DNA of 64,000 nucleotides from positions 54,498,001 through 54,562,000 of the forward strand of contig OX597827.1 in NCBI GenBank assembly GCA_951406725.2. Reading direction: 5' to 3'. The DNA is from Octopus vulgaris. Taxonomy: Eukaryota. Positions 41,523 through 54,276 of the stretch are shown here, piece after piece; position 1 is the stretch's first letter, and every line of letters starts with the position of its first letter. The notes beneath the pieces are model-generated. The model saw nothing but the letters and a program-made list of their open reading frames with translations, was not told the DNA's origin and ran no database searches. Position numbers and translations under genes: made by a program.

Positions 41523-43283
41523 ATGCCACCACCAAGTAAATGTCACATCAAATATGAGGCTGATTTCGAGCCACCAATAAAGAGGAAGGAAAGGATACCC
41601 CATACCAGGCTATGATTTCTTAGGACCAGGAACTGATATTGAAAGAAAGAATTTTTTGGTACCAAAAAGCGCACTCAATGTTGCTACAAAGGATCTGGAG
41701 TCTGCAAATAAAGACATCAATACTTTGGGCACAGACAAGATATTTATTGATCACCCAATATACATTGGTCCTACAGGATTCTTATCTGTTGGTAAACATA
41801 TCTTGGATCTGATATCTACTTCAGACCACCAGAGGCTAACACTAATATCAATCCTTCTACTTCTTATTTATTTATTGCCCACAAGGGGATAAACATAGAG
41901 GGGACAAACAAGGACAGACAAAGGAATAAAGTGGATTACATCGTCCCCAGTGCATAACTGGTACTTAATTTATCAACCCCAAAAGGATGAAAGACAAAGT
42001 CAACCTCGGCGGAATTTGAACACAGAACGTAACGGCAGCCGAAATACTGCTAAGCATTTTACCCGGCGTGCTAATGTTTCTGCCAACTCGTCGCCTTTAT
42101 CAACCCTTCTACTTCTGACCATCTTTGTAATGATATGGCTTTGGATGAAAATATGTGTGACACTATGAGCAAGGGTACAGGATCAAATGGCTGGGAAGGC
42201 ATGCAAATTAGTCCAACTGTGCCAGACCCTTCAAACTCATTCAAACAAGCTTGCACATTCAGTAGAACATTCAGAATTCTAAAATTGGCTGACATGAACA
42301 TTGCAGAAAACAAATTCAAACTCTTCCAAGACAAAAGTGTTAAAATAGCAGTAGTCAAAAGTTTGCATTTCGCATGGCAAATTCTATGGACTTCAACACA
42401 CCATATTTCTTAATGCCATGGATTCAGTCTATTCAATACAAGGCAACTCTGAAGACAACAGTTTCGTACAGAATAGTAAGCATCATTTGCAAAATCAACA
42501 ACATTACAGCAGGAGAATGGACAATCAAAAACAAGACAAAGTCTTCAGACCAAATCCAATGCTATATTTTAAAATATTCATAGACAAAAGACAATACACG
42601 ATATCTCACATACCAAATTTGGGAGTCTTGCAAATTCAACCGAGCAGCTACTCTGAATGTAAAATGCCAATGTGTTCATACTTCTACACATGCTCAAATA
42701 TTATCTTGAAAGCATTTGGAGAAGAACCAAGGAAAGAAGGAAAAAATACCATGAAAGCCAATACATTACATGACTGGCAAGAAATGAAATCAATTAAACT
42801 CAGACAAAGAAATACAATTTACAAGTACACAATACAATCCTGAAATGAGAATTCTACTTCAACAAACAGAAAAAGAAGAATCCTTATATGACATGGGATG
42901 GTTGTTTCAGCTCCAACTTCCAGTGATGAATGGAAAGATGACTCTGTTAATACTGGTGAAATTTGAAAAAGAAAAATGGAAAAAATTAATGATGAGGACC
43001 TGAATTACACAGAAGTTAATTCTGTCACTTTCAACTACCAACCACAGACAAAACATTCAAAGAAGGCAAGATAAATGCTAGTATTCACATAGTGGCTAAC
43101 AGGACATGCATTAACCACACCTTATACTCTTAAGAAGACCTGCCTGAAATGATCCTCATCAACTTTCTGCTCATGACACCTAATGTAACTTTGACTATAA
43201 TTTACTTTAACATTGATGTTACTTACACTCTTGCCATAGAGGCACAGCATGTTGCCATCAACCAGCCACAGAACATGCATTAG
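41523..43283 (+). pseudogene. Parvovirus-like VP1 capsid pseudogene with N-terminal PLA2 region
   Basis: MPPPSK...PPIKRK, frameshift, RKGYPIPGYDFLGPGTDI...PKSALNVATKDLES...TDKIFID. After the SINE: TFSRTFRI, FNTPYFLMPW, YRIVSIICKINNI, NPMLYFKIFID, LPEMILI, YFNIDVTYTLAIEA, which match the order of parvoviral jelly-roll strands. Confidence 0.8.
41865..42097 (-). mobile_element. SINE family B inserted in the viral VP gene, 19-bp TSD
   Basis: tatcaatccttctacttct (41846-41864) and tatcaacccttctacttct (42098-42116). Confidence 0.9.
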
Positions 43284-43456
43284 CCACTTTGATAGAACTA
43301 CTTCTGATGCTTTAACTTTCCCAAGATTCTTCCATGACCATCTAGCTGTCATTCAATCAGGCAGACACTTAAACAGAGAAATACTTGATATGGTTCTTCA
43401 AGGAAGAGCCATATTGGTCAATAACACAAATCCCCGTCTACATCTCAGCAGATACA

Positions 43457-45110
43457 ATGGCAGATTCCTAAATAAACTGACATCATGCAAAATTTTGGGC
43501 TGATGCAATCAAGAAGTTAGCTAATGGAATCGAAAATTTTATTGTAAAAATTGATACAACAGTCAACTGCCACCAGTCAGCTGCCAGTGATGGAAGAGGA
43601 CAGATGCATGAGAAGAGAATTCAACACTGCCTTCAAAGAAAACAGCAACAACAACATCACAGCTTACACTTAGAGTTCAAGCTTTGATACAAATGACAAG
43701 TAGGTTTGTGTGTCAAAAGAATATCTCAACTCACCAGACAAAATTTTAAACTGCAGACATAGAGACACACACAGATACTTGCTGAGAAATCTTTGCCAAA
43801 ATTCTTCCGCCTTAATATTTCATTAATGAGGATCAAGCAAGATAAAACATTGTGATGATATTCCTCACTTTCACATCATCACCTGCTACACTATGTGCCT
43901 GAGTAACAACTGCAGCTCCATCAGACTCAAGACTTAGTTGAAAAACAGACCTAACAAATGCTATGATATTGTCACTTTCAACCCAGAATTAAATACTGAA
44001 TTCAAGTCTTATAAAAGATGGGTGATTGCACAGAACAACATCACAACAGCTGCTCAGAAAATTTTCTTGAGCTATTTAACAGACATGAAGTACAAATAGC
44101 AGCAAGAGCTGCAGAAAGAAATAACCATAAAGCAACATGATGCTGTTCGTGGTCAGCAGTTCAACTTTATAAAAACAATAAGGAACAAGTGCTGAAGACA
44201 TACACGAATGATACCCTTCAGAAAACATGGGAACATATATACAAATCAGCAAACAATCTAATCAACATCATTCAACAAGCATTCATCAACATTTACAGAG
44301 ATGAGAATAATGACAACATACAAGCAAATATAAGAAGAAAAAAGAAAAGTTTGTGTTGATGACAAACACTTACTTGGATGTATAGACATCTCTCAACATC
44401 TTGGACAAATGGTTCAAATATTTCCCATTAAATAAATTCTCACATGGTACATTTGAGATTTGCCTAAAATATCTCCCATGGAAAACAGACTACATATCAA
44501 AGGACCCAGCAACCGTGGAAATAGTTACATTTTAAGAAGCATCAAGAATGGCCTCATGAATTGTAGGAGAATTCAATAGCAGGCTACAGATAACTTTTCT
44601 TTTGGCAGCCGTGCCACTAAAGTCTTCATTATCACAGAAAAGATGTGGTTTACTAACAACAATATAGAAGAGGCAAAATGCATTCTCGAAGGACCACCCA
44701 TGCCTGAATACGTTGCCGTATTTCATCTCCTGTTATGTTCTGAGTTCAAATTCCACTGAGGTTGACTTTGCCTTTCATCCTTTCGGGGTCGATAAATTAA
44801 GTACCAGTTACACACTGGAGTCGTAATCGACTTAATACCTTTGTCTGTCCTTGTTTTCCCCTCTGTGTTTAGCCCCTTGTGGGCAATAAAGAAGTAAAAA
44901 AAAACATCAAGCACCTTTAGCATAAGACATATTTGTCCACTCATTTCAGAGAACCATGGGACACAATCATTCATGTAAAAGCACAATCATGAACAGAATG
45001 CATTACGACAAAATGATTAGATCAATGTTAAGCTTTCAAGAATGGGTTAGAGTTAGAATTGAACCAACTAATGTGGATAAAAATATAGAGAGAGCACATC
45101 ATCTCTGAAA
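43457..45110 (+). pseudogene. Parvovirus-like NS1/Rep pseudogene (HUH endonuclease plus SF3 helicase)
   Basis: DDIPHFHIITCY (HFH at 43866-43874); ENRLHIKGPSNRGNSYILRSI (Walker A relic 44502-44525); DNFSFG, VFIITEKMWF, EEAKCILEG. After the SINE: NIKH, IMNRMHY, ELNQLMW. Start position is uncertain. Confidence 0.85.
44699..44900 (+). mobile_element. SINE family B inserted in the NS1 helicase domain
   Basis: ttctgagttcaaattcc...gcctttcatcctttcggggtcgataaattaagtaccag...gggcaataaaga. Confidence 0.85.
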
Positions 45111-45171
45111 TTTACATGACTGGCAAGAAACCAAAAATATCCAAGTGATTTATTCAACATGAATCCAGCTT

Positions 45172-45453
45172 TGGTTCAGCTGTGTGGTAAGAAGCTTGCT
45201 TCCCAACCACATTGTTCTGAGTTCAGTGCCACTGCATGACACCTTTGACGAGTGTCTTCCACAATAGACAACCGATGTTGGTGTATTTACATCCCCGTAA
45301 CTTAGTGGCTCAGCAAAAGTAATTAATAGAATAAGTACCAGACTTAAAAAAATAAGTACTGGGGTTGATTCATTCGACTAAAATTTACTAAGGTGGTGTC
45401 CCAGCATGGCCACAATCTAATGACTGAAACAAGTAAAAGATAAAGGATAAAAG
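45172..45453 (+). mobile_element. SINE family A (internally deleted) at the NS1 3' end
   Basis: gctgtgtggtaagaag head and aaaagat tail. Confidence 0.8.
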
Positions 45454-46139
45454 ATCCAATCCAGACCAGCCTGAATATTACATGGTATGGCATCCGATGC
45501 ATGTGATTTTAATGATACAATAATCATACATGAAACACTTCCAGGTGCTTCTTCCCCTCCCCGCATGCACAATTACTACCAATGACTTTGCATGATATTG
45601 ATTGGGAAACCAAACTAGAACCAGTTCCTATATTGCCATCCAAATGACAATTACAGAAAAACTCTTTTCCTCAATATGCAACAATGCATGATACATCCTT
45701 TTTTTTTTTTTTCCATAAATTTAACTTCCTTAGAAATGGCCACTTACTACAAAGGCAGCTACAATGACTATTACATTACAAATTCTGATTTGGAATGTTT
45801 TGTTTAAATTATCAATAATGACGACACTTGTCTTCAACATTATCTAAAAAAAATAGGACTTGATATTGTCTCATTGTTTTTATTCACATGCACATGTGCA
45901 CCTGAAAGAATCACATCTAATACTATTATAAGAATGTCGTATCTTTGATATATGATATTCTTAATAATTTATTATCTTTATTATATGTACATAGATATCA
46001 ATTTCACTGATACTTTTCCAAGAAATGGGTAACTCTGCCACCAGTGATTATTAATAAAAAAGAAAAAATACATATAACAAAATTAATCTTATTTTAAAAA
46101 CAAAGACAAAATCAAAATATAAGAAGAAACTGAAAACGA

Positions 46140-47321
46140 ATGTTTCCAAGTATTAAATGTAGCATGTCAAAAGAAATAAAATAAAATGTTATATTTCTCT
46201 CAACACACTTCATCCAATATTTGTTAAAAGTCGTTTTCAGTTTCTCGCTGCCTTGACTGGCTTCTGTGCTGGTGGCACGTAAAAAGCAGGTGAGGAGGGG
46301 TATTTCCACTGCATGAATTGTCTCTTTGTCTCTGGTTCTATGGCTTAGGAAATATTCAAGGAAACCAACTGGATCTGCCTCAAACATTGTCAGATTTTCC
46401 CATGATGTGTTCAACTTGGTGTGTTTTTGCTTAGGTATGAGATGTACCACCCACTGAGCAGCAACCTTCGTGGAGGCGCAATGGCCCAATGGTTAGGGCA
46501 GCAGACTCTATTTATTGAGCGAAAACACCTAAAGCTCCACGAGGCTCTGGCAGGGGGTGGTGGCGACCCCTGTTGTACTTTTTCGCTCCAACTTTCTCTC
46601 ACTCTTTCTTCCTGTTTCTTGTCCCCGACTTCTTACGCAACCACTGAACCTGGATGCGCATTCATCCATCTGTCGGTGTTCTCGGTGTCAGGGGTTGACC
46701 TGCTTTCTCTTCTGCAGGTCTTACAAATAGCAAAGGACCACGTTTCAGACTTCTCCCATCTTGCGAGCTCTGGGACGAAGACCGTTCGCTCAACAGCAAC
46801 AGTAGCAACCTTCATCATATCAAGTTCATTGTGCAGAATATTCTCAACTCTCACACAGCATATGCTAATAACATTAGCTATTTGATTTATGGTCAATTGC
46901 TTGTCATACATCAGCATGTGGTGCACATGATTGATGTCTTCATTGGTGGTGACAGTTGCAAGACATCCAGATCTTAGGTCATCTTCAAAACTCTCCCTTC
47001 CTCTCCTCAATTCAGCTGCCCACTTTTGCACTGATGATAAAGCTGGTACATCATCTCCTAATATAGCAACCATGTCAGCGTGAATGTTGTTGGGAACCAA
47101 ATCTTCTTTCTGTAGGCATTTGATAACCCCACAATGCTAAATGTTGTCCATTTCCAAGAGAAGTCACAACTAGTTACTTTTGAAATCTTCTTTGAACAGC
47201 CAGGTATCAGTGTATCTGCAAAGACTCAATGAAAGAAGATTTGAAATTAATGCATGCAAGATTTCATAGTTCCAGCATCACTCCTTCATAGTCAGCTCAT
47301 GAACTTTTCAGCCCACTCTCA
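46140..47321 (-). mobile_element. Degenerate, internally deleted mariner element
   Basis: TIR-like tatgagagtgggctgaaaagttc at the right end. Minus-strand IHADMVAILGDDVPALSSVQKWAAELRRGRESFEDDLRSG...ILHNELDMMKV, FEADPVGFLEYFL and KYWMKCVERN. Confidence 0.85.
46470..46800 (+). mobile_element. SINE (family C-related head) inserted in the mariner, 13-bp TSD
   Basis: agcagcaaccttc (46457-46469) and agtagcaaccttc (46801-46813). Head gtggaggcgcaatggcccaatggttag resembles the 18533 element. Confidence 0.8.
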
Positions 47322-48243
47322 TAGATAGCTTTGAGAATTTAATGAAAAGAAAGTGGGAGAAAGAAGTTGATGCTTTAAAATCTGCAGAGAATTTATTCAT
47401 TGATAAAAGGGTTTATGTTAGATGCAATGGTCTGACTAAAAACAACAAGGAAAGAAAAGAACGTTCTTTTCATAGAGTGATGTTTAGACAGAGAATAACA
47501 GTTAAGTTCAGTTCATAATGTGAGTATATATATCTGTGTTGCTCCACAAAGAAATTAAAAGAGAGGATGAGAGAGAGAGGTGAGGAATTGCAAGAGAGAG
47601 ACAGAAAGATAGTAAGAGAAAGTGTGTGTGTGTGTGCATGCCCATGCGTGTGTATGCATATGTGCCCATGTGTGTGTGTGTGCATGCTAGTGTATAAATA
47701 TGTACTCGGTTTGCTTACTAAGGCAATGAGAGTGATTAAAATTTTAATGTCATCCACTTTAATTTTTAGTATTTTTAAGTTAGTAATTTAGCAAAGTTAG
47801 TTTATGCTGCAGAACTTCATTTTTGATCAATCTTTCTATCAAAACAAACAGCTGATAGGCAAATAGCCACGGGTATGAATGCTAGCCTGTATTCGTTTCT
47901 GTCTTTCTTTTTGGCACCTTGACGAGGAAGCTTATATTATGTATGACTGATTTGCAATCAGAAACTTTAATTGGTCAGTTTATTACTGATGTCATCAGTG
48001 TTCTTGATGAGTATTTCAAAAGCTTTAGTGGTTATGTTTTGACTGATGTCATCAAGCTTTTTAATGGTGCTCAGTTGTTTATCACAAATTTCTTGATTAG
48101 AAACAACAAATCAATTTGGGCAGAAATCTGCTACATGTGTGTATGCATAAGAGTGTGTGTGTGTGTGTGTGAGTGTGTATTTCACAACATTGCCTGAAAC
48201 ATGGAATAAAAATATCATCTGTTTATGGAAAAAATTAGAATGT

Positions 48244-48301
<58 letters not shown>

Positions 48302-48560
48302 ACATTCCAGTATATATGTATATGGAGATGCTTGGCTTAGTGGTTAGGGTGTTGCACTCATGATTGTAAGAATTATGATGCTCCTAGGACCAGATAATGT
48401 GCCGTATTCTTGTGCAAAACACTTCATTACATATTGTTCCAGTCAACTGAGCTGGCAAAAATGAATAATCCTGTGACAGACCAGCATCTCATCTAGGGAG
48501 GAATTTGAGAAACCAGGTTCATGAGCCTACAGCTCAGGAAGGACCCTCAATTCTCTTGAT

Positions 48561-48626
<66 letters not shown>

Positions 48627-49264
48627 CACTGATGGAACCTTAAATAATGAAATCCTATGCATAATGCAGACTCTACCAAACAGTTGGCACCCTAATAGAA
48701 AAGCAGAGTAGGCCATATAATAATACATGATACAATAGATATAACATTTACTGAAAAGGCACCAGCCATACTTATCATGTACTATAAGAACCAGGTGCTC
48801 TTTGCTTATAAAACTGATTAATACACAATGAGAAAATATTTGGTTGTGTGCAGTTCATATAAAAAAAATTATTAATGATTTATAAAAAAAGAAATTGCTG
48901 TTATTGTGATGATGACAGAAAGGCGATATTTACATCTAGTGAATTAGTTTGAGTGTGTCTGTGCAAATGATTGTGTCACCAGTCATATTGGATTTTGCCA
49001 GAGGAAATGAGCTGTAAAGAGCTGGAAGAAACGGTAGTAGTTATTGAATTCCAAGTGAGGGCATAAGTTCTTGTAGCAATTGACTTTAGTTGTATTATGA
49101 GCACTGGTCAAATAAACCCTCTATATATAACCCATGATATGTCAAAGAAAAGCACCAAAGGCAAACTTGTTAATGACATTCCAGTATGTTGTTTATCCCA
49201 GAATAGTTAAGCTGTTTACATCTGGGTTTCTAATGAGTTAAGCATTTGCTGAATGTATTGTGCA

Positions 49265-49455
49265 GGTGGCACGTAAAAAGCACCCACTACACTCACGGAG
49301 TGGTTGGCGTTAGGAAGGGCATCCAGCTGTAGAAACATTGCCAGATTAGACTGGAGCCTGGTGCAGCCTTCTGGCTTCCCAGAACCCCGGTCGAACCGTC
49401 CAACCCATGCTAGCATGGAGAACGGACGTTAAACGACGATGATGATGATGATGAT
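49265..49455 (+). mobile_element. RTE-type 3' end, well-preserved copy
   Basis: ggtggcacgtaaaaagcacc...ggacgttaaacgacgatgatgat; near-identical to 53445-53573. Confidence 0.75.
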
Positions 49456-51165
49456 TGTGTTTCAATGGTCAACCCAGTTCCTGATACAAACAGATTCTTA
49501 ACATGTTTACCAGGGACCTGGCATGATTGGTTGCCTACTGACATCATCAATCCATGACAAAATCCTATTTTGGTATTTATAATTATTTTCTCATCTGAAC
49601 ACAGTGATTTCAGGTTCAATGTCTTATCAGTAAGTTGGTGTTTGGGATTCAGTCAACATTCTTGATGTAAATATATCATTTAAAAAACTTACAAAACAGA
49701 ACACAGCCTGTAGCACATGTAACAAGCTCATAGTTAAAATACTCCAGAATGCTAAAAAAAATCTCCTTTCAACACAAACTTACAATCTAGCAAACCAGAT
49801 GATGTATGTCAGCCAACCAAAGAAATTTACAAATTGTAATGTAAACATAAAAGTTGTAAGCTTCAGGATTCAGGCTGTTTCAATAGACACTCATGCTTAA
49901 TCATTGGTAGCAGATCCATTTATACCATGGAGCTGCTGCAACTCATTGTAATACAGTATAAAAATTAAAATTGACATCACTGCATTTTGTATAGAATTTC
50001 ATTAGAAAATGAGAATATCTATGGAGATTTTGCAAATATAAATTGAAATCCTGATCAAGAGGAGTAAATGAGGCTGACAGAGACACACCCTACATAAATC
50101 TGTTTCCAGTATTCAAGTCAAGTTCTTTGATCGACGCTCCAAGGGATACATAAACATAGCGAGCGCAAAACGACATGGAGAAAATCCACAGAAACTGAGG
50201 CAGAGACAAGCACCTACACCAGGAACCAACTGCAATTCAATTCAATGCCAGATATCATGACTTGTGCAGATCTCTTGTCAGTACCCTATGTTCCACATGG
50301 ATTTGAAGAATTAAGAAGACTCCACATTTTAAAATGTGTCATGAATTCATGAAATCTACCAAATTGTACCATTAACATTATGAAATTATTTATCATTATG
50401 AAATTATTTCCTTTGTTTCTCATCACAGAACACTCAAACTATATGCCAATCATCATCTTTATCATCATCATCATTTAACATCCATTTACCATGCTGGCAT
50501 GAGTTAGATGGTTTTACTGAAGTCGGTAAGCTGGAGGCTGCATCAAGCTCCAGTCATCTGTTTTTGTTTGGTTTCTGCAGCTGGATGCTTTTCCTAATGC
50601 CAACTAATACAATAGTTTGATTTGAAAGTGAGATTGTGAGATGTCTTGAAATGTTAGTTGAATAGATTCAAGACAGTCAGTGTTTCCAAACCAAATATAT
50701 AAAAAAAAAAAACTGTTATGGAAATATGAAAAATCCTTAATCAAAAAAAAAACACAAGCTTGAAAATTCTCATGATTTTAATATAAATTTGAAAAAAATT
50801 TCTTATTTACACACACACACACACACACACACATACACACACACATGCACATAGTATATCCTGTGTATACAGTTAGATGTATGACTACTACTGGTGAATT
50901 TAGAACTCCACATAAAGTATCATATTCCAGTTTTCTTCCAGTAAAGTGGTGTGATTACTTCACTACTAAGTGGTATTACCCGTTGTGATTATACAGAGCA
51001 AATGTAGGTAGAAATATGATTAAACACAAGACATAGTCTATACCATTTGTTCCCAATGTATGTTTCCCTATTGTGGATATTTGCATCTTCTGGAGTGGCT
51101 ATTCAAAGTGCATTTGGATGCAGATTCACAACGGTTTTTCAGAGGAACAATATATTACATTAATT

Positions 51166-51210
<45 letters not shown>

Positions 51211-51597
51211 CTTGTTCCAGCCGTTAGATTAGGACCATGCTGAAGCACTGCCTTCAAGAAGTTTTAGCAGAATGAATTGATCCCAGCTTTTATTATTTTT
51301 AAGCCTGGTACTTAATTTATTGGTCACTTTTGTCAAGCACCAGTGGGGGGGGGGGCAAACAGACACACAGACACACACACAATTGGCTTCTGCACAGCTA
51401 CACTCATCATATTCCACTTGCAAAGTACTGATGAACCAAAGTTTATGGTTGAATATATTTACATGTCCAAGATGCTATGCAATGAGATGAAAAATGGACC
51501 ACATGGTAACAAGTAATATTCTTCACCACATGACTGTGCCTGTGGCCATACATTAACTGATTGTCATATATTAGGTTTTGACCACTTTTCACATTAA

Positions 51598-51817
51598 CCC
51601 TTTTCATACCAACCTACCCAAAACTGCATGTTTTTATGATACAAACTTTCTATTTGAAGTGATCTACATGAAAATTTCCTATTAAAATTCCATGTTAATT
51701 TATATTCCATTTACCAGCTTAGTAATGACCAAGATATTTTAGGAAATTCTTTATCATTTTCAAAATTAATTGAAATAAGGAGGGAATAGTTTAACAGAAA
51801 TATGGTGACGAAAAGGT
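51598..51817. mobile_element. piggyBac-like MITE, second family
   Basis: TTAA|CCCTTTTC...GAAAAGGT|TTAA. Related copies at ~10580-10786 and ~59591-59810. Confidence 0.65.
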
Positions 51818-52730
51818 TTAATGGAAGATGTGATAAAAAATAAAGAATCATAAAAGCTTCTTTATATAGTAGTTTACACAGTAACGATTTGTTTATCCAT
51901 ATGTGTTAACTGTGCAGCCTCAGCTATCATCTCCATTTTATGACAACAGGCAAAGCTGGGGTTTTTTTTTAAATAGCCATGTGCTCCTAAACTTTCTTCT
52001 GGAAGATACAGCTATCATTAACTTTAGCATGAGTGCAGCCAATAATCTCTCTCTCTCCCTCTCTTCCTGATTTCCTCTTTCTCTCTCCCTCTCTTCCTGA
52101 TTTCTTCTCTCTCTCTCACTCTTCCACCACCTCTCTCTTTCTCTCTACCTTTCTCTCACTCTCTTTCTCTCTTGATCTTTCCTATCAGCTAAAAACACAA
52201 ATAAACTAGGTGTAGTTATCTTCTAAAAATCTAGTCTGCTGCCATTTAAAATTCATAAAGTTGCATTTTGTCTTACTTTTAATCTTTATTTCCTTTCATC
52301 TGCTCACATACACACATATTTGTGTATATGTACACACACACACACACACACATACACACACACACACACATATACACATATACACACACACACATAGTAA
52401 ATAAAAAAAAATGAACAAACACAAAAAAGAAACAACAATGCAAGGACATAGTACATGTAAAGTATTAGCAGACACTCAGGGAAGGAAAGAAAAATGGTTT
52501 AACGTTTTGAGCAAAGCTCTTCTTCAGAAATAGAGGAAAGTCCAATAGAAAAGGAAAATGTAGGGGGAAAAAAAAGCACCAACGATTCACATGTGGTTAC
52601 ATTTTGAAATGACTGGAAGCGAATGGGTGAAGAAAAAGTTCTTTCTAAGACAGGAGAATGTAAGAGAAGGAGGTATGTGTGTGCACGTGTGGGTATGTGC
52701 ATGCACACAAATCTGTGTGTGTGTGTACAT

Positions 52731-52949
52731 ACTCTCTTTACTTTTTTATTCTTTTACTTGTATCAGTCATTTGACTGCGGCCATGCTGGAGCACCGCCTT
52801 TAGTCGAGCAAATCGACCCCGGGACTTATTCTTTGTAAGCCCAGTACTTATTCTATCGGTCTCTTTTGCCGAACCACTAAGTGACGGGGACGTAAACACA
52901 CCAGCATCGGTTGTCAAGCAATGCTAGGGGGACAAACACAGACACACAA

Positions 52950-52980
<31 letters not shown>

Positions 52981-53146
52981 CATATATACGACAGGCTTCT
53001 TTCAGTTTCCGTCTACCAAATCCACTCACAAGGCATTGGTCGGCCCGGGGCTATAGCAGAAGACACTTGCCCAAGATGCCACGCAGTGAGACTGAACCCG
53101 GAACCATGTGGTTGGTTAGCAAGCTACTTACCACACAGCCACTCCT
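52731..53146 (-). mobile_element. SINE family A, full-length copy
   Basis: Reverse complement of family A. Confidence 0.85.
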
Positions 53147-53628
53147 GTATGTGTTTGTCTGTGTTGTGTGTGTGGTGTTTGTGTGGTGTTGGCTGTTTAT
53201 ATGTGTATATGCGAGTGAACTTTGTGTCTCTTAATGGTGTAGGAACAATTCAGCAGGATGGTAACAGGAATGGTGGTCCTTTGTGTAGTTGTGTACCTCT
53301 TCACATGTGCGTTTTGGAATGGTCAGCAGAAAGGTGGCAGTTTGAAGTATGTGTGTGCATGTGTATATGTGTGTGTATACACACACACATATACAAATAC
53401 ATGCATACCTGCATACATACATATATACATAAATACAGGTTTGTAAGGGCATCCAGCTGTAGAAACACTGCCAGATCAGACTGGACCTGGTGCAGCCTTC
53501 TGGCTTCCCAGACCCCAGTTGAACCGTCCAACCCATGCTAGCATGGAAAGCGGACGTTAAACGATGATGATGATATATGTATGCATATACACATACACAC
53601 ACATGTATATGTCTACCTACATACCTAC

Positions 53629-53731
<103 letters not shown>

Positions 53732-53878
53732 AACATACATACACTAACACACATATCGTTAGTGGTACAAACACAAGAAATAGAATTCAATAAGCAAAAT
53801 TTGAGCATATATATATTTTTTTTACTATTTAGGTGTGAAGTTACATAAGTTATATCTTTACAATTAGAGTGACTATAT

Positions 53879-54077
53879 ATATATAAATTTATATAAATAA
53901 GAATAAGATCAATATTTAAATACCAATCTTATCAGGTAGCCAGCATGGGAATAAAAACCTTCAAAGGTAATAATTATTATTAAAATTACCTTTGAAGGTT
54001 TTTATTCCCATGCTGGCCACCTTGTAAGATCGGTATTTAAATATTGATCTTATCCTTATTTATATAAATTTATATAT
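53879..54077. repeat. Long palindrome (~93-bp arms, ~13-nt loop)
   Basis: atatataaatttatataaataag...ccttcaaaggtaat versus attacctttgaagg...cttatttatataaatttatatat. Confidence 0.9.
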
Positions 54078-54276
54078 TCATTTTGTCATTATATTCACTG
54101 CGGTGGTATTTTGACCACATTGCACGAGGAGTTTTAGACAGGCAATTTAAACTGGTCGTGTGCATATGTGCATATATATGTATGTATACGTTCATATATG
54201 TAAGTATATATGTAAGTATATCATATGTTGTATATATACATATATATATATTTGTATTTATGTGCTATCTGAATAT

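Larger units (their letters stand above)
41464..45700 (+). other. Endogenous parvovirus/densovirus-like viral element (VP then NS1, both on + strand)
   Basis: PLA2 Ca-loop motif, capsid beta-strand-like motifs, HUH motif and SF3 helicase motifs in collinear order. Boundaries are approximate. Confidence 0.85.

Noticed and set aside
49620-50330. A-rich coding-looking stretch with an ~80-codon open frame, considered as a second viral fragment
   Set aside because: No motif recognisable by eye; a translated search would be needed.
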